A stretch of 64,000 nt of DNA from positions 64,001 through 128,000 of the forward strand of contig JBEKDT010000005.1 of assembly GCA_050014195.1 (NCBI GenBank). Direction: 5' to 3'. Below, piece by piece: positions 1 through 8,911 of the stretch (the first letter of the stretch is position 1; every line of letters begins with the position of its first letter). Source of the DNA: Desulfomonilia bacterium. Its GTDB lineage: Bacteria > Desulfobacterota > Desulfomonilia > UBA1062. The notes below the pieces were generated by a model. The model made no database searches. It was not told where the DNA came from and saw only the letters and a program-made list of their open reading frames with translations. The position numbers were made by a program, and so were the translations under genes.

Positions 1-1
1 T

Positions 2-235
2 TATGCTTTTACAATCACGTGGGGGCCTGTTCTCTCTCCTATAAGTCTGAACAAAGATCCCTATGAGCTTTCCCGCTACATGATCTGGAGAGACCACGAG
101 AAAGAAAACTGGCGCATGATTTCAGGTGCAATCCTCAAGGCCTCTGCCAACGGGGGCACTGCCAATACAGCTATTACAAAAGTGCAGGCAGCCACCCATG
201 GGACCCCGGCTCAAGTAGGGCACTCTCCTCTTTGA
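2..235 (+). CDS. C-terminal end of a probable polysaccharide deacetylase (NodB/IcaB-like); partial at window edge
   Basis: Frame 2 is open from the window start: YAFTITWGPVLSPISLNKDPYELSRYMIW..., resembling the AFTT...DPY.L.R C-terminal motif of polysaccharide deacetylases; TGA at 233-235 overlaps the next gene's TTG. Confidence 0.5.
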   Translation, partial: YAFTITWGPVLSPISLNKDPYELSRYMIWRDHEKENWRMISGAILKASANGGTANTAITKVQAATHGTPAQVGHSPL

Positions 236-1728
236 TAGGCAATAAGAGTATTTTACAAGGGACATTGATAACCACCATGAATATATATAGAGCTAGGATC
301 ATACCCGTAATATTTACAATCGGCATGCTTCTTTTACTTCCCGACATGCAGAAGGCTGTTTTTGCCGCTACCTCTGAAGCAAAAGAAAAATATCGGGAAG
401 CTAATGCGGCATACATTAAGCTATCACGAGATGCAAGCCTCCGGAAGGATGAAACCAACTGGTTGAAGGTGGTGCAAAAGTTTAATGATATCGCAACAGA
501 ATACCCTGAATCGTCTTTTGCCCCGAAAGCCTTATACATGGAGGGCAAGCTCTATGAGCAGATCTATGGCTACTTCTCGAAAAAACATGACCTTAAGAGT
601 GCCCTCGAAGCATATGAAACGGTTAACAGAAAATATCCGGATTCTACGATTGCGGCTGATGCCCTTTTCCGGGAGGCCAAAGTCTACGAGGTCAGGCTAG
701 GAGAGAAAAACAAGGCCATCGAACTATATCATGAGATCGTGAAGAAGTATGCAACGGGAGATATTCCCTTGAAGGCAAGAGAAGCTCTTAACAGCCTTGA
801 GAAAAACAAGCGCGGTTGTGAAGAGAAGGCCCCCAATGTGGATAATCAGGAAGGTAACGATCTCAAGCACAAGGAGACAAAACAATCTGATAAGACTCTT
901 GACCAAAACGAGGATGCGATCACTAAAGGCAAAGATGATATACCTTCACAAGGAACGAGCGATCAGTCTTCCGCAACAAAGCGAATCTCACGCAAAATAT
1001 CAAAGATCGTCATTGATCCAGGCCATGGAGGGAGGGACCCCGGTGCTGTAGGACCACATGGTGAGAAGGAAAAAGATATCACCCTTGCAATAGGCATAAC
1101 GCTTGCGAAACGCCTGAGAGCAGAAGGTTTCGAAGTCTTTCTCACCAGGGATGAAGATATCTTTATCCCTCTTGAAGAGCGAACATCCTTTGCAAACAAG
1201 AAGAAGGCAGATCTCTTTATTTCCATCCATGTGAACTCGAACCCCAACAAATCCTTGGATGGGGTTGAGACCTACTTTCTCAACATGACCAAAGATGCCT
1301 ATGCCATTCAAGTTGCTGCAACAGAGAATGAAACAACAACCAAATCGTTGAGTGATCTCCAGTTCATCATCAACGACCTTATGCTTAACAGCAAAATAAA
1401 TGAATCATCCAAGTTTGCCACGTACGTTCAGAACTCCATTATCTCATCTCACAAGAAATCCGACCATACCTGCCAGAACCATGGTGTCAAGCAGGCCCTT
1501 TTCTATGTCCTGGTGGGTGCGCAAATGCCGGCTATCCTGATCGAGACCGGGTTCATCACCAATCCTACCGAAAGTAAACTCTTGCAGAAAGAAACCTACC
1601 AGAACAGTATTATTGACGGCATCATCCATGGCATACATGCATACGCCAACAATGGGACTGGCTCGGGAGTGAATGCAGTCAGAAGCAACCATTCCAGCAT
1701 GAAAAAGAAGAGGTCGGCCAACGAATGA
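232..1728 (+). CDS. amiC: N-acetylmuramoyl-L-alanine amidase (Amidase_3) with signal peptide and N-terminal TPR domain
   Basis: IVIDPGHGGRDPGA, EKDITL, DLFISIHVN, MPAILIETGFITN motifs; YPESSFAPKALY/YPDSTIAADALF TPR-like repeats; start could be ATG 277. Confidence 0.9.
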   Translation: MIGNKSILQGTLITTMNIYRARIIPVIFTIGMLLLLPDMQKAVFAATSEAKEKYREANAAYIKLSRDASLRKDETNWLKVVQKFNDIATEYPESSFAPKALYMEGKLYEQIYGYFSKKHDLKSALEAYETVNRKYPDSTIAADALFREAKVYEVRLGEKNKAIELYHEIVKKYATGDIPLKAREALNSLEKNKRGCEEKAPNVDNQEGNDLKHKETKQSDKTLDQNEDAITKGKDDIPSQGTSDQSSATKRISRKISKIVIDPGHGGRDPGAVGPHGEKEKDITLAIGITLAKRLRAEGFEVFLTRDEDIFIPLEERTSFANKKKADLFISIHVNSNPNKSLDGVETYFLNMTKDAYAIQVAATENETTTKSLSDLQFIINDLMLNSKINESSKFATYVQNSIISSHKKSDHTCQNHGVKQALFYVLVGAQMPAILIETGFITNPTESKLLQKETYQNSIIDGIIHGIHAYANNGTGSGVNAVRSNHSSMKKKRSANE

Positions 1729-2825
1729 GAAAGAGAAGGAAAAAGATCAAAGTCAATCAAGCTATTCTCTTTGCCATATTTGCAATCATACTGGTCCTTG
1801 TGGGGGCAGTCATATTTCTGGAAAAAGGTATGCACAGAAAGGAAGCACCCATAATACCTTCAGTTCCGCAGAAGCCGGTGGAAACAGAATTGATGATCAA
1901 GGGCTGTCTGTTCGATCTCGGAATTCATAAAGACCAGACAACGACCCGCAATCACACAATCAAGGTGGAGTCCCGTGAAAACTTCACCCGTGATCAGTTG
2001 TCATTCGCATTCAAACCAGTCGAAAAATACGGAAGCATCGAGATCAAGGATATCGGGCATGCAACAATAGAAGTCGGTGACGAGACCTGGATGATTGAAT
2101 TCATTTACCCGGGAAAGGGAGTAGCCGCTGTGATTCCTCCCAAGCCTTTCATCCCTGCTTTTCCAACAGGCTATATGGCCATCATTGTGGATGACATGGG
2201 GCCTGATATGAAGCCCGCGGAACAGCTCTCTTCCATAGATGGAGATCTCACCTTCTCTGTCATGCCCAAGCGCCCTCACTCACAAGAGGTTGCACTATAT
2301 CTCCATACAAAGGGCCGTGAGGTCATGTTACATCTGCCAATGCAAGGTGCTGCCGGTCATGACCCCGGTGAGGGAGCGATCTTCAAGGGCATGGCCCCTG
2401 ATCAGATCCGGACCATCCTGCTGGGTGATATCAGGGCCGTACCGTATATATCTGGTGTGAACAATCATATGGGCTCCGAAGTGACTCAGGATCGGGAAAT
2501 CATGATGCTTGTTGAAACAGAGCTTAAAAATAAGAAGCTCTTCTATATCGATAGCCTTACCTCAGGTAAATCCGTGGGATTTAAGGTTGCTCAGGAGATT
2601 GGCCTTCCCTGGAATAAACGTGATGTGTTCCTTGATGATGAGCAGAATGAAGCCTACATCCTGGGCCAGCTTGAAGAGCTGAAAAGAAAAGCTGTAAAAC
2701 ATTCAAGCGCTATTGGCATCTGCCACCCGCACCCTGAGACTATTGCTGTATTACAGAGGGAGGTGCCCAAGCTTAAGGATGAAGGGATAACACTCGAACG
2801 TGTTTCAAGGCTTATTCACGAATAA
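1725..2825 (+). CDS. Divergent polysaccharide deacetylase (YibQ/DUF610 family), membrane anchored
   Basis: MAIIVDDMG, EVMLHLPM, GVNNHMGS, YIDSLTS, RDVFLD, AIGICHP motifs; N-terminal TM helix. Confidence 0.9.
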   Translation: MRKRRKKIKVNQAILFAIFAIILVLVGAVIFLEKGMHRKEAPIIPSVPQKPVETELMIKGCLFDLGIHKDQTTTRNHTIKVESRENFTRDQLSFAFKPVEKYGSIEIKDIGHATIEVGDETWMIEFIYPGKGVAAVIPPKPFIPAFPTGYMAIIVDDMGPDMKPAEQLSSIDGDLTFSVMPKRPHSQEVALYLHTKGREVMLHLPMQGAAGHDPGEGAIFKGMAPDQIRTILLGDIRAVPYISGVNNHMGSEVTQDREIMMLVETELKNKKLFYIDSLTSGKSVGFKVAQEIGLPWNKRDVFLDDEQNEAYILGQLEELKRKAVKHSSAIGICHPHPETIAVLQREVPKLKDEGITLERVSRLIHE

Positions 2826-2885
2826 TGGTTGGGTGTCTTAAACAAATCAAACTGAATAGAATGTAACTGCTACAGGAAGTAAAGA

Positions 2886-4421
2886 ATGCAAACAAATCAA
2901 GGAAACAAGGAACTCAAAGGGTTAGGAGGCTGGCTAATCCTGGTTGGAATAGGTGTACTTGTTGCTCCATTCAAGACAGGTGCCGTTTTAATAAATACAT
3001 TTCTCCCGATTTTTTCTCATGGAATGTGGGCTATATTAACCGACCCAACCAGTAATGCGTATCACCCGCTATGGGGTCCATATATACTATCGGAAGTCAT
3101 TACCAACATCGGTCTGTTGGCCGCTTCTTCGTATATGATTCTTTTATTTTTCAAGAAATCAAAAAGCTTTCCGAAGTGGTTCATGACAATCTCTGTCTTG
3201 TCTTTACTCATAATAATTGTAGACACTTTTGCAGTCAAATTGATCCTGCCGGGGAAACCTGTAGTTAACCTTGCCTTTATTGAAAATACCACTACCGCTT
3301 TCGTGACATGTTTGATTTGGGTTCCGTATATGCTTGTTTCAAAAAGAGTTAAATCGACTTTTGTTCAGGAATTTGATTTTCGTTACCTTCATGCTCCTGC
3401 ATCGAAGCTGCAGAAATTCTCAATAGGGTTAATCATCGTTTCCTTGTTCGTTATGATTTACCTATGGGCTGCCGGATACGGGATTTCCGCTTTCAGCAGG
3501 ATTAACTATGAGCAAGTGAGCAGCCTTGAGACTCTCTTCTTGAGTGTCATTCTGGAATCGCTCCCCTTTCTCCTTATCGGGGCATTTGTCTCTGCAGTAA
3601 TAGAGGTGTTTATTTCCGAAGAGACAATAGCCGGGTTCTTGCCGAAGAGAACTCTTCCCGGTCTGATCGCAGCAGCATTCATGGGGATGATCTTCCCTAT
3701 ATGTGAATGTGGAATTGTCATGGTGGCAAGTCGTCTCATAAGGAAGGGGGTACCCCTTCATATCGCTATTACTTTCATGCTGGCCGCTCCGGTAATCAAC
3801 CCGGTTGCTTTGGTTTCCACAATAATGGCTTTCCCCACAGGGTCAATGGCGGTTTACAGGATTGTCGGAACATTTATTGTATCAGTCTTTGCCGGGTTGA
3901 TAACCTATTTGCACTTCGGCAGTCAAAACATCTTAAGAGAAGATACCTGCGACAACCATAGCCACCGTGATTGTAGCGATCACCCTGATAACTACCACTC
4001 TGAGTCATTGTCTGCCAAGCTCAATGATGTTCTATTGCATACCTGCAATGAGTTTTTTACTATGGGCATGTATTTTATCATCGGCGCTTTTCTTGCCTCC
4101 CTTGTTCAGGTCGTCATTCCAAGAAGCGCAATAGCAAGCGTGGGTCATGGAAAGATTTTGTCAATACCCGTGATGATGCTATTTGGTTTTGGACTATCAA
4201 TCTGTTCAAGTGCCGATGCGTTTGTAGCAAGGGCTATGTCCTCTTCGTTTTCAACAGGGTCAATTGTCGCATTCCTTGTTTATGGTGCCATGATTGATTT
4301 GAAAAACACCCTGATGATGTCCAGTCAGTTTAAGGCATCTTTTGTATCGCTTTTAATCCTGATTGTTACCCTTTTAACTTTCAGCTATGCTCTTATCAGC
4401 GTCAATCTGCTCGGAGTATAA
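2886..4421 (+). CDS. Fusion of a DUF2569-like membrane domain and a YcgR/ArsP (DUF318) family permease
   Basis: N-term LKGLGGWLILVGIG...WVPYMLVSKRVKSTFV; C-term LESLPFLLIG, PICECG, FMLAAPVINP, His-rich loop, SICSSADAFVA. Confidence 0.75.
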   Translation: MQTNQGNKELKGLGGWLILVGIGVLVAPFKTGAVLINTFLPIFSHGMWAILTDPTSNAYHPLWGPYILSEVITNIGLLAASSYMILLFFKKSKSFPKWFMTISVLSLLIIIVDTFAVKLILPGKPVVNLAFIENTTTAFVTCLIWVPYMLVSKRVKSTFVQEFDFRYLHAPASKLQKFSIGLIIVSLFVMIYLWAAGYGISAFSRINYEQVSSLETLFLSVILESLPFLLIGAFVSAVIEVFISEETIAGFLPKRTLPGLIAAAFMGMIFPICECGIVMVASRLIRKGVPLHIAITFMLAAPVINPVALVSTIMAFPTGSMAVYRIVGTFIVSVFAGLITYLHFGSQNILREDTCDNHSHRDCSDHPDNYHSESLSAKLNDVLLHTCNEFFTMGMYFIIGAFLASLVQVVIPRSAIASVGHGKILSIPVMMLFGFGLSICSSADAFVARAMSSSFSTGSIVAFLVYGAMIDLKNTLMMSSQFKASFVSLLILIVTLLTFSYALISVNLLGV

Positions 4422-4427
4422 TAATAT

Positions 4428-5174
4428 ATGGTTTTTGCCAAGCTGCCAGGCCTAATACGAGCATTGCTTTTGTTTGGATTCGGATATTTTTTAATGCACG
4501 TTGTTTCGAGTGGTGATGTCCTTTTGTACATTCATCCCAGGTTTATATTGGGAATCAAGATTTCCTATTGTTTTTTTTATGCACTAGCGCTGGTTCAATT
4601 TATAAATACATTGAACCCGCAAGAAATTCTGCACCATGAGCTCAAAAGGGGATGGGGAATGTATGTTATTTTTATCGTTCCGTTAGTCATTGGATTGCTC
4701 GTGCCCCCTAAGGCGCTGAGCTCATATATGGTAAATCAGAAGGGTATCAACCTGACGAATAACCAGCAGGTAAGCGGGAGATCAGTGGGGTCTGCAATGG
4801 TTCACAATTATGCAGCAAATTGGAAACCTGTCATTACCGACAATACATTCATGTATGCAATGTATATGCTGGCTTTACAGCCTCAGAGCTTTGTAGACAA
4901 AAATATCGACTTTGTAGGTTTTGTGTATAAAGATAAAGAGTTCCGCAAAAATCAATTAGTGGTTGCTCGCTTTGCTATTACCTGTTGCACAGCTGATGCA
5001 CAGGTTTTGGGGCTTATGTGCTTATATAATAATGCTGATGCTTTTGCCAAGGATGATTGGGTAAGGGTCAAAGGTATCATTAAAACAGAACATGACTTGA
5101 CAGGGACCTATCCAACGGTTGAGGTTACTTCAATAAAGAAGGTGCCTCCACTAAAAATGCCGTATGTATTCTGA
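4428..5174 (+). CDS. YcgQ/TIGR03943 (DUF1980) family membrane protein, partner of the YcgR-type permease
   Basis: LLYIHPR, FVGFVYK, VARFAITCCTADAQVLG, DDWVRVKG motifs; follows the permease by 6 nt. Confidence 0.85.
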   Translation: MVFAKLPGLIRALLLFGFGYFLMHVVSSGDVLLYIHPRFILGIKISYCFFYALALVQFINTLNPQEILHHELKRGWGMYVIFIVPLVIGLLVPPKALSSYMVNQKGINLTNNQQVSGRSVGSAMVHNYAANWKPVITDNTFMYAMYMLALQPQSFVDKNIDFVGFVYKDKEFRKNQLVVARFAITCCTADAQVLGLMCLYNNADAFAKDDWVRVKGIIKTEHDLTGTYPTVEVTSIKKVPPLKMPYVF

Positions 5175-5263
5175 AGTATCCTGATTATCTTCAGCACATC
5201 CACTGAATGAGAGGTGATAGAGGCTATTGGATGTATTTTGAGTTAGCTTATAGTTATTATGCC

Positions 5264-5440
5264 TTATTTTTTCTTTAGTTCTTCACCACAACAAGAAAAT
5301 GTGCATCCCTTTACGCAGCATGATGCGGAAGAGCCTTCTGGCTCCTTACATTCTTTGCATTCTTGAACTATTTTAATCTCAAGGCCACATTCTTTGCGCG
5401 TGTAGATCTCACCTTTTTTCATTGTAGCGCAACTCAGCAT
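5264..5440 (-). CDS. Small Cys-rich protein (58 aa), desulforedoxin-like / metallothionein-like; absent from the ORF track
   Basis: Hand translation MLSCATMKKGEIYTRKECGLEIKIVQECKECKEPEGSSASCCVKGCTFSCCGEELKKK; strong SD AAGGAGGT just upstream of ATG; 9 Cys. Confidence 0.75.
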   Translation of the reverse strand: MLSCATMKKGEIYTRKECGLEIKIVQECKECKEPEGSSASCCVKGCTFSCCGEELKKK

Positions 5441-5646
5441 GGATACCTCCTTAATTTTTCTTGATATTTAATAAGCAATCTTGCCTACAATTGAAAATAT
5501 AGATCTGCGGAGACTGTTGAATTAATATTTTCAAAATTGGTGTAGCCCCAAAATTTTTAAAAATCTACTTCCGCTTGCTAAAAAAATACTTCAATTACCG
5601 TTGCGCAATCATACCTAAGTTTTAAGGACTCGGCTCGGATAATGTT

Positions 5647-6654
5647 TCACTTCATATAACCTTCGGTTATGTAATAATTCACCTTATCGTAGAGAAAGAT
5701 GATGCGGTTGTTGAGCTCAAGGGTGCTGTAGATCTCAACGGGCGAACTGAGTATTCTTTGCCTGATCACGTGCGTCCAGATGTTCTTCCTGCTCAGGGCA
5801 AGGGCATTGAGGATGTCGGGGAGCGGGATATCGAGCTTCCTCATCTTTGACCCCGCCTCGATAAATCGCCGTACTACAAAGGGTTTCTTCTTCCGCTCCA
5901 AGCCGTCTTTAATGCCATGAAGCACAACCTTGTTTATGCCGCGGAGCATGTTCATATGATGTTCCAGAGACGGTATGGCCGCCTTCACCTCGTCCGCCCA
6001 GTGCCTCGTGATCTCCTCCCTGTCCTTGTCGATGATCTTGATGAGGATGTTCGACAGTACCATTCCATGCGAGGTCGTCCCCGACGGTATGGCCTGATCC
6101 ATTCCAAGAGCAGGAAAGAGCTGCTTGAAGGAGTCCACCATGGCCCAGGAATCCCGGTAAAGATCCACATAGATGCGCACCGCTTTTTCATTGGATGACC
6201 AGGCGAGAGGGGGAAGATCGAATATGGGGAAGTATTTTGCATCTATGGCATCATCACCCGGACTGAGAACCCCGCCCGTGGCCCTCACCTCGTAGGTCAC
6301 GATGGCAAGGCTTCCGTAGAAATCGTTATCAATGGTGTCCACATCGATGAGCCTCAGGTTCTCACCGGTGATGCCGGCCTCCTCCTTGAGCTCCCTCAAT
6401 GCGGCGTCCTTTACCTCCTCCCCGCTCTCGGCAAACCCGATGGGCAGGCACCACATGCCCTTGTACGGATCCTTTTTGCGCTGCACGAGCAGAACTTCTC
6501 TGCTCTCGTTCACCACAAGAGCGCAAGCCACGGGCAAGGGGTTTTCATAGAAGACCGTGGTGCAGCTCATGCACAGGTCCCGCTCCTTGCCCTCAACATG
6601 CCTCCTCACCACGGGCTTGGCGCAATAGGGGCAGAATATCCGCTGTTTCTTCAC
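5647..6654 (-). CDS. NUDIX hydrolase with N-terminal zinc ribbon and a C-terminal helical (RsbRD-N-like) domain
   Basis: FCPYC...CMSC, NPLPV, Nudix box GFAESGEEVKDAALRELKEEAG; GTG at 6654 with GGAGG SD overlaps the upstream stop. Confidence 0.8.
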   Translation of the reverse strand: MKKQRIFCPYCAKPVVRRHVEGKERDLCMSCTTVFYENPLPVACALVVNESREVLLVQRKKDPYKGMWCLPIGFAESGEEVKDAALRELKEEAGITGENLRLIDVDTIDNDFYGSLAIVTYEVRATGGVLSPGDDAIDAKYFPIFDLPPLAWSSNEKAVRIYVDLYRDSWAMVDSFKQLFPALGMDQAIPSGTTSHGMVLSNILIKIIDKDREEITRHWADEVKAAIPSLEHHMNMLRGINKVVLHGIKDGLERKKKPFVVRRFIEAGSKMRKLDIPLPDILNALALSRKNIWTHVIRQRILSSPVEIYSTLELNNRIIFLYDKVNYYITEGYMK

Positions 6655-7529
6655 GCAATCCTCCTGCCATGAACGGGCAGAGCGCACCGGAATATCCCGT
6701 CATCCTTATTAAGGATCACATTTCCGTATATGCGCGTATGCTCATATGAGGTCTTTTTGAATGCTGCCATAACCGCATCGATCTTTGAGGGCTGCCCTTC
6801 AAGAACCTCCTTGAAGAAGAGGGGCTTCTTGATATTGATGTATTCCATAAAATCACTGAACCGTGAGAACGGGAAGATGAGGGAATTCTCGTAGACCATG
6901 CGCTCAACCTTCTCGAAGTGGGGAGTCAGCAGCACCTCTCCTTCCTCGAGAGAGAATGCCTCAAAGAGCTCGTGGATCTTCATATCATCGGGCGGTTCCA
7001 ACCCGGCCGTCTTCATGCCGGCAGACACGAACTCCGTCACTTCATGGAGGGAATGCTTGCTGTGGGTCACCGCGATGAAGAGGCCGCTGTGCCTAAGGAT
7101 CCTTGCGATCTGTGGGATAAGGTGCGGGAAGAAATACAGCGAGTAGCTCGTAATGATGAGATCAAAGCCGGAATCCGCCATATCCGTTGTGAGATCGGCG
7201 CTCCCTTGGATAAATGTACCCTCGTATCCCATCTGACTTACCGTGCTCAGAAAGATATCCCGGTTGTTCTTTTCAATCACATCGATGCCAATGACATGGG
7301 AGCCTGAGTTCAGCCTTCCGGAGAGCCACTCAGTGAAGAAACCGTATCCGCACCCCAGGTCGAGCACATCCTTCACATGCGAAAGGTCGAGCCCCTCAAG
7401 CGCGGCATCACGGATGTCTATCGTGTTGAGCGCATATTCCTGAATGATGTCCTTGCACCGGCGGTGCCAGATTACCTCTTCGTAGGTCTTCCTTATGTCT
7501 TCATAGGAAAAGAGTTCCTGCACGTTCAC
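6651..7529 (-). CDS. Class I SAM-dependent methyltransferase
   Basis: VLDLGCGYG motif I, VIGID, FDLIITSYSLYF. Confidence 0.85.
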   Translation of the reverse strand: MNVQELFSYEDIRKTYEEVIWHRRCKDIIQEYALNTIDIRDAALEGLDLSHVKDVLDLGCGYGFFTEWLSGRLNSGSHVIGIDVIEKNNRDIFLSTVSQMGYEGTFIQGSADLTTDMADSGFDLIITSYSLYFFPHLIPQIARILRHSGLFIAVTHSKHSLHEVTEFVSAGMKTAGLEPPDDMKIHELFEAFSLEEGEVLLTPHFEKVERMVYENSLIFPFSRFSDFMEYINIKKPLFFKEVLEGQPSKIDAVMAAFKKTSYEHTRIYGNVILNKDDGIFRCALPVHGRRIA

Positions 7530-7633
7530 ACCCCTTCATTCATGTAGGCGGAACAATAAAACAAATCAACATTCCGGCCTTGCCAATGTATCTTCACGCA
7601 AGATACAATACAATCTTTAATAAGGAGGGGCCC

Positions 7634-8632
7634 ATGGAACAACAAGACGTATACCGGGAATTGTCCAAAAAACTCATGATGGAGAATTCTACCGTACTCC
7701 CCAAGATCTGGCGGGTAGTTTGCAGTGAGGAAGAGGCCAAGCTTGTGAATCGGCTCCCTGCCACCCTGGATCAGCTGGTACAGGAATCCGGCGAAGCTGC
7801 ATCCAAGATGCAGGCTATCATCGATGGGCTCTTCCACCGGGGTGCGGTATTTGAGTTCGTCAAAGACGGCACCACCTTTTATCGCATGCCCCGGCACATA
7901 ATACAGTTCCACGACGCCACCATCCTCTGGCCCGAGGCCCCTGAAGAATTTTTTAAGCTTTGGGAGGTGTTCGAAGAGACTGATTACCCCCAGCTTCTTG
8001 AGTTGGTGACCACCATCAAACTGCCTTCCTTTATGCGGGTGATCCCCGTAGGCGAGACCATAGAGGCCAAGAACCAGGTGCTGGCTTTTGAAGATGCCAG
8101 GAAGATACTCGAAAACGCCGGTGCAATCGCTGTCACCACATGCGTTTGCAGGAAGCTCATGAAGCGATGCGACGGACCCTTGGAGGTATGCCTCCAGTTG
8201 GGCCGGGGTGCCGAGTATACCATTAAACGCGGGACCGGAAGAAAGGTAAGCCTCGATGAGGCTGTCGCTATCCTCAAACTATCGGAGGAAGCAGGCCTTG
8301 TACATATGACGGAAAATACCGCGGGACGTTCCAATGTGCTGTGCAACTGCTGCAACTGCTGCTGCGAGATGCTCAGGTTCGCGAACAACGACAAGACCAA
8401 AGGCGTGCTTGCACCGAGCCGGTTCCAGGCAAAGGTAGATGCTCTGAGCTGCACGGGATGCGGGATGTGCGTTGAGATCTGCCCGGTGGAGGCCATTGCA
8501 CTGAGCGCTGAAGATACCGCCGAGGTGAGCGCGGAGGCATGCATCGGCTGCGGCCTGTGCGCCACAGTGTGTCCCGTGGAGACCATTACCCTGATCGAGG
8601 TACGGCCCAAGGAGTTCATACCGGGAACATAG
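7634..8632 (+). CDS. 4Fe-4S dicluster domain iron-sulfur protein
   Basis: CVCR, CNCCNCCC, CTGCGMCVEICP and CIGCGLCATVCP; SD AAGGAGG before ATG 7634. Confidence 0.85.
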   Translation: MEQQDVYRELSKKLMMENSTVLPKIWRVVCSEEEAKLVNRLPATLDQLVQESGEAASKMQAIIDGLFHRGAVFEFVKDGTTFYRMPRHIIQFHDATILWPEAPEEFFKLWEVFEETDYPQLLELVTTIKLPSFMRVIPVGETIEAKNQVLAFEDARKILENAGAIAVTTCVCRKLMKRCDGPLEVCLQLGRGAEYTIKRGTGRKVSLDEAVAILKLSEEAGLVHMTENTAGRSNVLCNCCNCCCEMLRFANNDKTKGVLAPSRFQAKVDALSCTGCGMCVEICPVEAIALSAEDTAEVSAEACIGCGLCATVCPVETITLIEVRPKEFIPGT

Positions 8633-8701
8633 GGTGACCATTTACAACGGCCGTCTAAGGCATCATGTTCAGGGAACGACCGGGAGCAACAGAAGGAAGT
8701 G

Positions 8702-8905
8702 TCAATGAATGGTGTCCTCGTTCGGCCCCAGCATTTTGATGAAGGTGCTCAGGAGGTTGTGGTCAAATTCGGTGAAGGCATCCTTCTTGATGATATCGAT
8801 GGCTTCGAACGGCCTCATGGCTTTCTTGTAAGGCCGGGCGGACGTCAGGGCATCAAAGATATCCGCAACAGCGCAGATCCGGGCACACGGGTGGATATCT
8901 TTCAT
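8702..8905 (-). pseudogene. C-terminal remnant of an HD-GYP phosphodiesterase
   Basis: IHPCARICAVADIFDALTSARPYKK matches the HD-GYP C-terminus, but the HD and HHExxDGxGYP motifs are absent. Confidence 0.7.
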
Positions 8906-8911
8906 ACCGGC

